A DNA stretch of 64,000 nt from Octopus sinensis. Taxonomy: Eukaryota. The stretch spans positions 146,134,001-146,198,000 of the forward strand of contig NC_042999.1 in assembly GCF_006345805.1 (NCBI RefSeq), written 5' to 3'. The notes below the pieces were generated by a model, which was not told where the DNA came from, did not search any database, and saw nothing but the letters and a program-made list of their open reading frames with translations. Position numbers and translations under genes: made by a program. Within the stretch, counting starts at the first letter, position 1. Each line of letters opens with the position of its first letter. Below are positions 25,690-43,609 of this stretch, piece by piece.

Positions 25690-27547
25690 GAAGGCTACTG
25701 TTAGTTTATGAATTCTGCCAAATGCGAGCTTTCTTTTCAGGTACATGATGCTGCTGTCCCCTATCCCAGGGTCTCAAGGGACCACACCTCCTACACCCTC
25801 AGGGTTAGCACACTCAACGTAGGCAGACTAAAGGTAGGTCTAGTGAGATTATTGAGATGCTTGAACAGAGATTTGTGTAGATTTGTACTGTCTCCAAGAA
25901 GTAACTTGGCGAGGAAGCTTTTGACAGGATCCCCCGATCTCTTATCTGGTGGTCAATGAGGAAACTAGGGATAGATGAATGGCTAGTGAGAGCTGTGCAA
26001 GCTATGTACAGGGACGCTGTCAGTAAGGTGAGGGTTGGCAACAAGTACAGTGAAGAATTCCGGGTAGGAGTAGGGGTCCACCAAGGATCAGTCCTCAGCC
26101 CCCTCTTATTCATTATAGTCCTCCAGGCAATAACAGAGGAATTCAAGACAGGATGCCCCTGGGAGCTCCTCTATGCTGATGACCTTGCTCTAATTTCTGA
26201 GTCATTATCAGAACTAGAGGAAAAGTTTCAGGTGTGGAAGTAAGGATTAGAATCAAAGGGCCTTAGCTAAAACCAATGTCTTAATAAGTAGGAAGGCAGA
26301 CCAATCACAAGTAGATGGCCCTGTTCGAACTGTAGAAAAGGCGTAGGTAGAAACTCTATAAGATGCACCAAGTGTAAGCTATGGACACATAAGAGGTTCA
26401 GCAATATCAAAGGAAGGCTAACTGGGAAGATAGTTCTTATATGTGGCAAATGCTCAGGTGCTATAAATACTGAAAATGTGCAGAGAACAGCTTCTGTCTC
26501 ATTCCAGGGAGAAAAACAAGTAGTTGATAGCTTCCATTACCTAGGGGACCAATTCAGTAGCTGGGTGTGGATGCTCTGAATGTGTAGCTGCTAGAATAGC
26601 CTGGGCAAAGTTCAGAGAGCTCCTACCTCTGCTGGTGACAAAAGTCTTCTTGCCTAGAGTAAAAGGTAGACTATATGATGCATGTGTACGAACAGCCATG
26701 CCACATGATGTGGTGTGCAAGAGAGACAACTGTGCTGGTATGGTCATGTGTTGCGAATGAATGAGGACAGCTGTGTGAAAAAGTGTCACACACTAGCAGT
26801 TGAGTGAACCTGTGGAAGAGGCAGACCCAGGAAAACCTGGGATGTGGTGATGAAGGACGACCTTCAAACACTTGGCCTTAATGAGGCAATGACGAGTAAC
26901 CGAGACCTTGGAGATATGCTGTGCTTGAGAAGACCCAACCAGCCAAGTGAGACCATAACCACAGCAGGTGTAACCAGCCCACTTATGAATACCCATCATT
27001 AATTGGACAATAAACTATACTTGCAAAGACTTATTAAGGCAAGTGAAATCAAAATTGCTGACGTGGCCGATGACAGTACTGCCTGATTGGCACTTGAGCC
27101 AGTGGAATGTTAAAAGCACATCTGATCATGATCGTTGCCAGGGCCACAGATTGGCTCCCATGCCGGCGGCACCTACAATGCATCATTCAAGCATGATCAT
27201 TGCCAGCATTGCCTTACTGGCACATGTGCCGGTGACACATGAAAAACAAAATTCGAGCGTGGTCATTGCCAGTACTGCAGGACTGGCTCCGGTGCAGGTA
27301 GCACATAAAAATCACCTTTTGAGCATGGTCATTGCCAGAAGCCCTGACTGGCCCTCACACTGGTGGCATGTAAAAGCACCCACTACACTCTCAGAGTGGT
27401 TGGCATTATGAGGGGCATCCAGCTGTAGAAACTTTGCCAGATCAGATTATCAGATTGAGCCTGGTGCAGCCTTCTGGCTCACCAGTCCTCAGTCAAACCA
27501 TCCAACCCATGCCAGTATGGAAAGCGGACATTAAACGATGATAATGA
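25690..27547 (+). mobile_element. Internally deleted RTE LINE (may extend upstream to ~25330)
   Basis: EN start RVSTLNVG...EVTWRG joins directly to RT ...FDRIPRSLIWWSMRKLG at ~25915. The 3'UTR and (GAT)n tail are retained. Confidence 0.85.
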
Positions 27548-28098
27548 TAAATATATATATATATATACACACACACAAACACATGCACATACAGAGACAC
27601 ATGGACACAAACTCTCTCACACACATGCATGGACACACACATACGCACGCATGCACACACACACACACACACACGCACGTCTACACATCCATACAAAGTC
27701 TGATTAAAGAGAAGTTCTAGAAATCTCTTCCATCAATGGAAATAATGTTGGATTAATTGCATGGCTTCTGAAGGGGACAACTTTGAAGGAGTTGCTGAAT
27801 TGAAACAAATTATAGTTTTGTTGTTATAGCAACAGTTTCAATGCTTTTTGATTAGACATCATCTTCATCCATAAATACACATGTACACACGCACACACAC
27901 ACATGCACACACACACACATCACATTGTACTTGTGTAGCGAATAAGTTTGCACTGAAACAACATGGTTTTCGATTCACTACCATTGTGTAGCACTTTGGC
28001 AAGTGTCTTCTGCTATAGCTCCACTTTGATCAGGTGTTTTCTGAGTGAATTTGATAGTAAGAAACTATACAAAACCTGCTGCATATGTATGTATATAT

Positions 28099-28133
<35 letters not shown>

Positions 28134-28141
28134 TATAAGTA

Positions 28142-28690
28142 AAAAAATACAAACTGGGACAAGAACGTAAAACATTTTGAAGACGATACAAAAAACACGG
28201 AAAAGGCTGATTTTGACCAGCGGTCACGTGAGGGAAGAGAGAGAAAAGAAAGGGGGCAAAGGAAACAAAGAGAGAGAGAGAGAAAGAGGGACGAAGGCAA
28301 CAAAGGGGGGAGAAGAGAGAGAAAGAAGGAATTAAAGAGGGGAGAAAGAGTGCGTGCCAAGGATTGGCTTGTGAGTGCAAAGTGAGAAAGACAGAGAAAT
28401 GTAAGAGAGTGGGGGAAGAGTAGACCAAAGAATCAGAGGCAAGAAAAGAGAAAAGGAGGAGAAGTAGAGAGAGAAAAGGGGACAGATCAAAGTAGAGTGC
28501 AAAGTGTGAAAGGCAGAGAAATGTAGGAGAGAGAGACAGTGTGTAGAGTCGTACCAAATTTACAGGAATATGTAATTACATAAGGCCAACGAGGGTACGG
28601 ACGCCACTATATATATTATATGTAGAAAAATACAAACTGGGACAAGAACGTAAAACATTTAGAAGACGATACAAAAAACACAGACGGGAC
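28142..28690. repeat. (TA)n-embedded element with ~60-bp terminal direct repeats around a GA-rich core
   Basis: aaaaatacaaactgggacaagaacgtaaaacattt.gaagacgatacaaaaaacac at ~28142 and ~28626. Confidence 0.65.
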
Positions 28691-28776
28691 ATATATATAT
28701 ATATATATACACACACATTTGTGTGTATGTATGTGCATATATAAGTGTGTGTGTGTGCATAAGTATGTATTCTTTT

Positions 28777-29152
28777 ATTATTACCTCTGCCTTAGCAAAG
28801 GCAGAAATATTGTTTTCAGTCATGTTTGTATGTTTGTTTGTCCATGGACAAGATATCTCAAGAACTGCTGGCTGGATTTGGATGAAACTTTCAGTGATGT
28901 TTGGTCTTATGACTGGTATGAACTGATTAGATTTTGGGATCGATCTGGTACTGAACAAGTATTCTGAACTATTTTCCTGTTTTTTTTTACAAAAGTTTTG
29001 AGGGCGGTCAGGTTCATTTTTAGTATTCTTGTTTGTGAGAGCAGTCGAGTTTATTTCAGCTATTCTCATTTAAAAAATAATCTCTGGCTAAATGTTCAGA
29101 AGACATTGGTGTTGCCTTGGTGGAGGTTTGTGCACTCTAAGTGCCCTTGTTT
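28777..29152 (+). mobile_element. Non-autonomous Helentron-type (HINE/DINE-1-like) element
   Basis: Subterminal inverted repeat acctctgcc / ggtggaggt, 5' (gtttgtat)-type simple repeat, 3' hairpin gcactctaagtgc. Confidence 0.7.
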
Positions 29153-30570
29153 TACATGTTTTTAAGGCAGTGAGCTGGCATTCATTTTCTTTTCAAGTCT
29201 GGTACTTATTCTATTGGTCTCTTTTGCCAAACCATTAAATCACAGGGATGTAAACACACTAACACAGGCTGTCAAGTGGTGGTGAGGGGACAAACACAGA
29301 CACAAAGACACACACATAGATACATATGACAATCTTCTTTCCGTTTCCGTCTACCAAATCTGTTCACAAAGCTTTGAGCAGCCCGAGGCTGTAGTGAAGA
29401 CACTTGCCCAAGGTGCCATGCAGTTGGACTGAACCTGGAACCATATGGTTGGGAAGAAGCAAGCTTCTTACTACACAGCCAAACCTGCACCTACATATTC
29501 TTTTATTCTTGTATTGTTTTACTTGTTTCAGTCATTTGACTATGGCCATGCTGGAGTAACGCCTTTAGTCGAACAAATTGACCCCAAGACTTATTCTTTG
29601 TAAGCCTAGTACTTTTGCCGAACCGTTAAGTTACAGGGACAAAAACACACCAAAATCTGTTGTTAAGCAATGGTGGGAGACAAACTTGGGCACACAAACA
29701 TATATATACATATATATACGATGGGCTTCTTTCAGTTTCTGTCTACCAAATCCACCCACAAGGCTTTGGTTGGCCCGAGGCTAAAGTAGAAGACACTTGC
29801 CCAAGATGCCACGCAATGGGACTGAACCTGGAACCATATGGTTTGTAAGCAAACTTCTTACTACACAGCCACTCCATATATCTATATGTATGTCATCATC
29901 GTCATCATTGTTTAACGTCCATCTTCAATGCATGCATGAGTAGGATGGATGACAGGAGCCAGCCAGGTAGAAAAATTACCCTAGGCTACTGTGTCTGTTT
30001 TGGCAAGGCTTTTACAGCTGGATGCCCTTCCTATCACCGACCACTCTGTAGAGTAGACTCAGTATTTTTTATTTGGTACTAGCACAGGTGAGGTTAGTCT
30101 TTGCATCATTTTTACAGCTGGATGCTCTTCCAAGCACCAACCATATTATAGTGTGAACCGGATGATTTTAATGTGGTACCAGCACTGGCAGGGTAACCAG
30201 GTAACTCACAAGATAAGGAATTATGAGACAAACAGAACATTTGAAGAGGGGAACTTGTGTCAGAGGATGGAAGGTTAGAGTGTGACAAAGAGAAAAAAGC
30301 AGGTGTCTTGCCATAGCAGAGGAGGTATTAGAGGAGGTGATCTGGTATCAAATAATGAAAGGTTATAGTGTAACAGAGAAACAGAGGCAGGAACAGGTGT
30401 CTTGCTATAAGAGGAAGTACATGATTACACAAAGAAAGAGAAAGAGAGGAGGGAGAGAGAGAGAGGGGGGGGGTGCAACAGAAGCCAGAAACAAGCATGC
30501 TGATGTAAAGGAGATACTTTGTTACCCAGTCAGAGGAAAAATGAGTGAAGAAGCGAGAGAGTGACCAAAT

Positions 30571-30614
<44 letters not shown>

Positions 30615-31842
30615 AAACAGCAAAAGTGTAAGAGAGAGTAAAAGAGAGATGGTATAGTGCTAAGGTAAACTCACAAGTAACAAAAATATGAGCATAGAAC
30701 CTGGTTAGAAAAATAGGGTGTGAGTGTGGGTATTGGGGTATGGGCAGCGATACAGTGAAGGATACACATCATTGGACAGAATGGACTAAGCGGAACAAGA
30801 GGATACACTAGGATGGAAGTGTTGCTGAAGGTATCACAGATGTGTTATGAAAGATTCTGGACAATGGACATCAGTTGCAATAAGAACAGTAATAATTGAG
30901 TGAATATTTATTTGGCAAAAAAAAAATAATGACTATTACAGGAGCAAGAGTGGCTGTGTGGTAAGTAACTTGCTTCCCAACCACATGGTTCCAGGTTCAG
31001 TCCCACTACATGGCACCTTTGGCAAGTGTCTTCTACCATAGCCTCGGGCTGATCAAAGCCTTATGAGTGGATTTTGTGGACGGAAACTGAAAGAAGCCCT
31101 CAGTCAAACTGCCCAACCCAAGCCAACATGGAAAGCAGATGTTAAGTGATGATGATGATGATGATGACATATAAATGTGTGTGTATGTGTTTATGTTTGT
31201 ATGTCTGTGTTTGTCCCCCGCCACTGCTTGACAACCGATGTTGGTCTTTTTACGTCCCTGTAACTTAGCTGTCCGGCCAAAGAGACTGATAGAATAAGTA
31301 CTTGGCTTAAAAAAGAATAAGTCCTGGAGTTGATTTGTTTGACTAAAAGGTGGTGCTCCAGCATGGCTGCAGTCAAATAACTGAAACAAATAAAAGAATA
31401 GAAGAATCCTGAAATATATATCATCATCATCATCATCATTTAGCGTCCGTTTTCCATGCTAGCATATACTTCATATATAATTTAATCATTTCAAAAGGGA
31501 AATGGAATTTAATTAAATTTAAAATATTCAATCAAAATTTACATTTCCAGTGGTCTAACGTGCAAAAAAATTAGTCAAGAAGACTATATATTAGTTATGT
31601 TTTTCATTTCCAAATTTATTTGTTGAATTTTATCCGTTATTTTTGTGGTTCTCTAATGTGTTGAATCTCACCCTAAGTGTGGATTCCTTATGTGTATAAA
31701 TATACACTATATCATATAACTAATATATATATATATATTATACAAACACACAAATATATATATATAAATATTACATAGCATACAGATATATAGTATATAC
31801 TATATATATATATATATATATATTCTCTCCTTGTTTCTTTCC

Positions 31843-35876
<4,034 letters not shown>

Positions 35877-36636
35877 CAATGGGCATGAACTGCCAACTGG
35901 GATTAATGAGGCAGGCACCAAGAAATTCCTTTCAGCAGCCCTTGTACCATTTCTTTGGTGCTCCTCTTAGGAAGTCGATGATCCTCCATCCTAGTGATGT
36001 GCTTTGCCCAGCCTGGTTGCATCTGCAGCAGAGTTGCTTCAATGCCGGTGATTCTGGCCTCTTTTAGGGCTTTGATGTTTGTGAATCCAGTGAATACTGA
36101 GGATGATGCAAAGGAATATATACTGAGAAGTGTTCTAGTTGATTCCTTTTACAACAATATGTTCTTGATCAAAATAGAATGGAGGTGTTGATATGATGTC
36201 AGTTGAATAGCTGTGAAGTCAGCAGTTAGTGTTCTTGTCACTAACAGTGTATTGTGTTCACTCCCACTGCATGGCACCTCGGGCAAGAGTCTTCTACTAT
36301 AGCCTCGGGCAAGAGTCTTCTACTATAGCCTCAGGCAGATCAAAGCTTTGTGAATGGATTTGATGAACGGAAACTGAAAGAAGACTGTCTTATCGCCCGT
36401 TGCTACGTTCTGAGTTCGAATTCCGCCGAGGTCGACTTTGCCTTTCATCCTTTCGGGGTCGATAAATTAAGTACCAGTTACGCACTGGTGTTAGTGAGTT
36501 ATGTCCCCTTAACTTAGCTGTTTGGCAAAAGGGACTAATAGAAAATATACCAGGCTTAAAATAACAGCAAGTACTTGAGTCGATCCATTCAACTAAAACT
36601 TCTTCAAGGCAGTGGTCCAGCATGGTCACAGCTTAA

Positions 36637-36857
36637 CCCTTTCATTACCAACCCGGCTAAAACCGGCTCTGGCTCTGTAGTACAAATGTCTTGTTTTCAT
36701 AAGTTTTGAATTAAAATCTTCCACCATACCTTAGTCACAATTTATGTTCCTAACACTAGCTTAATGATAACTAAGTTATTTTACTAAAATATTTGTTATA
36801 TTTAAAGTAATTGAAAGAAACACAGAACATCTCAAAATAAATACGGTAATGAAAGGG
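36637..36857. mobile_element. piggyBac-type MITE (221 bp) inserted in a SINE tail
   Basis: Perfect 13-bp TIR CCCTTTCATTACC / GGTAATGAAAGGG with a TTAA TSD. Confidence 0.9.
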
Positions 36858-37924
36858 TTAATGAGTGAAACAAGTAAAAGATAAAAGATAGTAAATATAC
36901 CTAACAATTATAAAATTTCAACCTTATCTTAATTGTAATTTCCTCCATACCAAAACTACTTAATCACCATTCTGTCAGCATTTATGTGAGAAATAAGGTA
37001 ATACAATATTTTTATTACAATACAATACAAGGCAGAGAGCTGGCAAAAAACGTGAGCATGCCAGGTGAAATGCTTAGCGGTATTTCAACTGTTGTTACGT
37101 TCTGAGTTCAAATTCCATGAAGGTCCACTTTGCCTTTCATCCTTTCAAGGGTCGATAAATTAAGTACCAGTTGCATGCTGGGTTGATCTAATTGATTGGC
37201 CCCCTCTCCAAAACTTTTAGGCGTTGTGTCTAGAGCAGAAAAGTTTACGTTCTGAGTTCAAATTCTGCCTTGGTTGACTTTGTCTTTCATTCTTTTGGGG
37301 TCGATAAATCAAGTACCAGTTGCATATTGGGTTCAATCTAATCAACTAGCCCACTCCCCAAAAATTTCGGGCCTTGTGCTTAGAGTAGAAAAAAAAATAC
37401 AATACTTTTCTATATTTTTATTAGTATCATCCTCCATCTTTATTAGAGCATATTTTTAACCCTTTATCATTAGGATTACACAATCAAATGTAATGTTTAT
37501 TTCCTTTTCCTTGTTGCAGTCATTTGACTACAGCCATGCTGGAGCACCACCTTTAATTGAACAAATCAACCACAGAATTTATTCTTTGTATGCCTAGTAC
37601 TTATTCTATCAGTCTCTTTCATTAAACTGCCACAGAGACAAAAAAATACACACACACATACATATATGACAGACTTCTCTCAGTTTCCATCTACCAAATC
37701 CACTCACAAGGCTTTGGATGGCCTGAGGTTATAGTAGAAGACAGTTACCCAAGGTGTCACACAGTGGAACTGATCCCGGAACCATGTGACTGGAAAGCAA
37801 GCTTCTTACCACACAACCATGCTGTTTGGAATTAATCATGCATCGTCTCGTAGTTTCAAGATTTTGATGATGTGATTGTGTATTTTTAGTATGAATCCTG
37901 GTTCAGTTAAATCTATTGTGGCTC

Positions 37925-38445
37925 TAAATTATGCCATCTGTAGTGCAGCATTGTATTGCCCAATTTTGGTTTGAAAGTATTTGGAATCTTGGTCAGTTGA
38001 TGACAACAGTTTATTTAATGGCTCTAGAGGTTGGGGAATTGCAGGGAGTTTTAACCTTTCCACCACTGCAGCACAGTGCAGGTGTCTCTCCAGGCCACTT
38101 CCTCACTTTACAATGTATGCACTCAATTGTCATTGCACCAATGGAAACTCTAGTATCATCTGCATAATGAACTACTGGATCGTAATTGAAAGCTGCTTCA
38201 TAGAAGTTGTTTCTCTGAGTTGTTGCAACTACTCTTCATTCTGCAGTGGAGATCCTATTCCTTGTCAACCTTGCTTACCTCTGTTCATCACTTTGAGATG
38301 CTCTGGCTTTTGTAGTGCAGTCTGTTTGTTTCTTGGTATGCTTCTCTTTCTGAAGCTCTCTCTCTTTCCCTGGACAGAGGCAGTCTTTTGGCTGACCTTG
38401 ACATTGTAGACAAATCTGACACTTTCCTTCTAGGCATGGTTATAT
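37925..38445 (-). mobile_element. Decayed Helitron Rep/helicase N-terminal fragment
   Basis: Minus-strand translation VSIGAMTIECIHCKVRKWPGETPALCCSGGKVK...PLEPLNKLL...IGQYNAALQM is typical of the Helitron N-terminal region; stops and frameshifts present. Confidence 0.8.
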
Positions 38446-41348
38446 AAGTATACAGAAATATACGGATGCAGAAAGTAGTAAACAATAGAAATAACTGGGT
38501 AACGGAAATTATGTTTCTTAATACAACAGGTAGAAAGTAAATAAGAAATTTTTATGGAAAATAAAGAATTGTATGGTTGCAGTCAAATGACTGCAGCAAA
38601 TAAAAGAGTACACACACACATACACACACACACAAAATATATATATATAGTTAAAATTCTCTTTTGAATCATAGATAATGTAGAAGTGTTCAAATCGAAC
38701 CTGAGGTGTTACATAAGTATAATGGATAGAATAGAAAAAGTTCAACTCAGGCAGACTACAATTAATACATACAATAAGAATTGTCCAAGCTGAAACATAT
38801 ATTGATATACTAGAGATATAAGAATCATCTTCAGAAATATAAAAATATATGACTACTAAAAATATACATGGGCATATAATATGTAAACAGAATAATAATG
38901 GAATATAGATTGAATTTGCACCTATATGATAGGACTAAACCATACATACCAAATTTGAACCTACAAGACAGGACTGAATCATACGTACCAAGAACCCTCC
39001 ACTTTACATTAAAAGATCATAAAACTAACTTCCATTCAAAACCATCTATCAGGCTTTTATGCCCTACAAAATCTCATTTGGGAAAAATTAGAAAATGCAT
39101 ATTGGGCAGAATAATACCAGTGATTAAAGATAATGTTACACTTCCTCTGTGGAATTTAACTGGGAACATAATGATATGGTTCCATTGCCTCCTGATAAGC
39201 AACATACTTGTTTTGTGCAATTTGACATTTCGAACTATTATGCCACTATTTTTCCAATATTATTGAACAAGGCTTTGATATTTGCCTGTGATTTTGCTAA
39301 CATCCCTCAATCCAATATTGACATTATTTTGACAGTGAGAAATACCTTAATTAACTTTAAGGAGCATAATTGGATTAGAAGTGACTTGACAAACTATTAT
39401 GACATCACAATGAGTTCGTATTCAGCACAGCTGACTGATCTTGTGAGTCTGTAGATCCTGTCTCAAATCAAGAAAAGCTTTCTAAAAGTTTCTGGTGGGC
39501 TTTATAGGGACAGCACACTCCTGGCAGTAAATGGTTTCTCTAAACCGGAGATTGAGAGAATTAAGTCATTAGGAAAATTTCATTTGAATTTCTTTAATCT
39601 CAATATTGTATTTGAGACTGACACAAAATTGCCAACTTTTTACATGCCACACTTAAATTTAAGCACTAAATTATATTACCTATACAGCAAACCAAACCAA
39701 ACCAAACATTACAATATATAAACATCTCTTCTAATCATCCTAAATTAACCATCGATAGTATAATTATGGCCATCTCCATTAGAATCTCCAACCTATTGGC
39801 AAATGAGGAGATTTTTAATGTGCATGCCCTACTTTATAATATTGCCCTAAAATTAAGTGTCTTTCATGTTCTACATCCCTGACACCAAACTCAAAACCAA
39901 ATTAGCTAATCTAACATCTCATATTAACTCTGATACAACTAAAATGATCTCCTTAAATTATAAACCTATAAGAAAACCTTTTGTTAACAATACTAAATTC
40001 TATAATGGGTATGCTAGTAATTGTAATAAATACAGTCCCTCTATATTTGAACACTCTAATGTGGTAACACACCCTAAATCTAGAAAAAGAAAAAATTATT
40101 TGGTTCGCCCCCACCATTTTCTCTCAGAGTCAAAAATCTACCAAAGTTGTTCTTCAAAATTCTGAAACTAAATTTTCCCCAAAACTACAAATACAACTCT
40201 ATATTTAATAAACACTCTATAAAATTATCTTACTCTACCACACCTAATTTGGGTTCAATTATCGCATCTACAAACAGAAATAAAATTCAATTCCAAATGA
40301 CTAAAAGCATAGATCACCATAAGATACCCAATATAAGTCCAAATAATATTAATAAAACAAAAATTATAGGAAAGCAAAAATATGTAATTGTATGGCCCCT
40401 GAATTATATCCACTTGATGATTTATGTTTACACAAAAAACATAATCTATAAATGCACAATGGCAAATGACAAACATCAGGCTAGAGTATACATAGGAAGC
40501 ACTAAAGACATCAAGAAGCAGTATATAGAGCACATGTAAATTCTTTTAATAAGTTAAAACATAAAAATTCAATGACACTAGCCACATCTATACACGACTA
40601 AAAATTACAGAACATTGATTATTCATTATCTTGGTCAATATAATAGATGAGGCCCCACCATACAATACGATTATTGGCAGATATTGAATATGTATAAAAG
40701 AATCATACATTGTCCTTCACATGTTTAATTCTTCTGTTTTAAATACGTTTTCTGATGCTATTCATTCGTGCAACCACAGATGCTATTCAACTTTCATAAG
40801 ATGATTTAAATTTGAACCCACTTAGCAATAATTTCTGTTGCACAACAATATATCACTAATAAAAAAATGAATTTTAAGAAAGAAAGTAAGCAATCTAATT
40901 TTATTCCCAACAGCCCTTGTAAAAACTTCCATAATTTACATAGCTATATCCACTCTTCTATAAAAGCATCCAATTATCACATATCTAGGTAAAGAACTGA
41001 ACGCTGCTCTGGAGTAATTTTTTTTTCCTTTACAAGAATCTTTTGTTTGCACCATGAGGTACTGTTGGTTTAATTATTGTTGTTACTATTATTGTTGCAG
41101 ACCTTACCCATTTGGCAGGCATTGTTGAAATTGTGTGCTTTCCCCTACGGGGGAAGGATTTGAACCTGTTGTATCACTATGTTGAGCTGTTTGCTCTCTT
41201 TTGAGAGAAAAAAATATGATAATTCTCCTGTGAGAGAATTTTCTTTTTGAAACAAAAAATTTTTTTTTTGTGTATTTTCTTCATGGAAGTGCAAATTATA
41301 AAAGAGCAAATGGCTCTGAATGAAACAGAAATTATGAAAAAGGATTAC

Positions 41349-43199
41349 ACTTTCGTTGACATGGAGAAAGCCTTTGATAGGGTCCCCCGATCCCTCATCT
41401 GGTGGTCAATGAGGAAACTAGGGATAGATGAATGGCTGGTGAGGGCTGTGCAAGCCATGTACAGAGATGCCGTAAGTAAGGTTAGAGTTGGCAACATGTA
41501 CACAGAAGAATTCAAAGTAGAGGTTGGGATCCACCAGGGTTCAGTACTCAGCCCCCTCCTATTTATCATAGTCCTCCAGGCAATAACGGAGGAATTCAAG
41601 ACAGGTTGCCCCTGGGAGCTCCTCTATGCTGACGACCTCGCTCTAATCGCTGAGTCACTATCAGAACTGGAGGAGAAGTTCCAGGTGTGGAAGGAGGGTT
41701 TAGAATCGAGGGGCCTTAGAGTCAACCTAGCTAAAACCAAAGTACTAATAAGTAGAAAGGTAGAAAATCCACAAATATCCTCAGGAAGATGGCCCTGCTC
41801 GATCTGTAGAAAAGGTGTAGGTAGAAACTCTATAAGATGTACCCAGTGTAAGCTATGGACACATAAGAGGTGCAGCAATGTCAAAGGTAGGCTAACTGGG
41901 AAGATAGTTTTTGTATGTGGCAGGTGCTCTGGAGCATTGACCTCCGAAAATCTGCAGAAAACAACTTCCGTCACTTTCCGGGGGGAAAAACTAGAAGTAG
42001 TTGATAGCTTCCGCTATCTAGGTGACCAAGTCAGTAGTGGGGGTGGGTGCGCTGAAAGTGTAACTGCTAGAATAAGAATAGCCTGGGCAAAGTTTAGGGA
42101 GCTCTTACCTCTGCTGGTGACTAAAGGCCTCTCGCTCAGAGTAAAAGGCAGACTGTATGATGCATGTGTACGAACAGCTATGCTACATGGCAGTGAAACA
42201 TGGGCCGTGACTGCTGAGGACATGCGTAAGCTCGTGAGGAACGAAGCCAGTATGCTCCGATGGATGTGTAATGTCAGTGTACTTACTCGACAGAGCGTTA
42301 GTACCTTGAGAGAAATGTTGTACCTAAGAAGCATCAGTTGTTGTGTGCAAGAGAGACGATTGCGCTGGTATGGTCATGTGGCGAGAATGGATGAAGATAG
42401 GTGTGTGAGAAAGTGCCAATCCCTAGCAGTTGAGGGAACCCGTGGAAGAGGTAGACCCAGGAAAACCTGGGACGAGGTGGTGAAGCACGACCTTCGGACG
42501 TTAGGTCTCACCATGGAAATGACTAGAGACCGAGACCTATGGAAGTATGCTGTGCGTGAGAAGACACGGCAAGACTAGTGAAGCCATAATCCGTGGCCCC
42601 TACCTGGGACGTAGTCAGTCCACCTGTGCATACCTTCCTTCTTGTGACACTTGTGAAGACCTGTTGAGGCAAGTGAGAATCGAATCAAATCAAATCAAAT
42701 CGAACCAAATCAAATAGATGAACATCAATGGAATTTGTATCCTTGTGGTACCAGTGCCGGTGGCACATAAGAAAACCATCCGAACGTGACCGTAGCCAGT
42801 ACCGCAACGACTGGCCTCTGTGCTGAGGGCACGTAACAAACACCATCCGAGCGTGGCCGTCCGCCAGCCTCGTCTGGCACCTGTGTCGGTGACACATAAG
42901 AAAACACCATCTGAGCGTGGCTGTCAGCCAGCCTCGTCTGGCACCTGTGTCGGTGGCACATAAAAACACCATCCGAGCGTGGCCGTCTGCCAGCCTCGTC
43001 TGGCACCTGTGTCGGTGGCACATAAAATCACCCACTACACTCTCGGAGTGGTTGGCGTTAGGAAGGGCATCCAGCTGTAGAAACACTGCCAGATCTGACT
43101 GGCCTGGTGCAGCCTTCGGGCTTGCCAGACCCCAGTTGAACCGTCCAACCCATGCTAGCATGGAAAGCGGACGTTAAACGATGATGATGATGATGATGA
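41349..43199 (+). mobile_element. 5'-truncated RTE LINE inserted in Tx1 ORF1
   Basis: Uninterrupted RT-to-C-terminus frame to 42578; 3'UTR with ~4.5 hairpin units; (GAT)n tail. Confidence 0.95.
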
Positions 43200-43609
43200 C
43201 CAATGTGTCACATGAAAACATCAATATTCCACATTTGGAATACCAAATTTACAATGGTATGTAGACTGTAAAAGGGAGAAATGCTTGCATCGCCCCACCT
43301 CAGTGACATCATACAACAAACAAAGAAACAAACCATTATAAACAAAAGTTTTGACATAGAAACAAAGAAAATTGTGAATATCACAAAGGAAAAAATTGTA
43401 AAATGCCTCGGGCCAGTTTGGTAAGAAACAGCGTACGTGGCCCAAGGGAAGAAGTATGCATCTATTGAAGTACGGTTTTCAACAGTGGAAAAGGCCCATG
43501 AAAACTCAGTGCAGACACTTAAAATCCAAGAGATGGTACTCCTGCTCACATACCTAGGGTGTCAAACATCCCGCATAAAAATTCAGGAGGTACCACCTGA
43601 AATAGATAT

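Noticed and set aside
41247-42578. 443-aa ORF as a novel chimeric gene
   Set aside because: It is a chance in-frame fusion of the Tx1 ORF1 stub with a 5'-truncated RTE RT that lacks the N-terminal RT motifs. Nothing indicates function.
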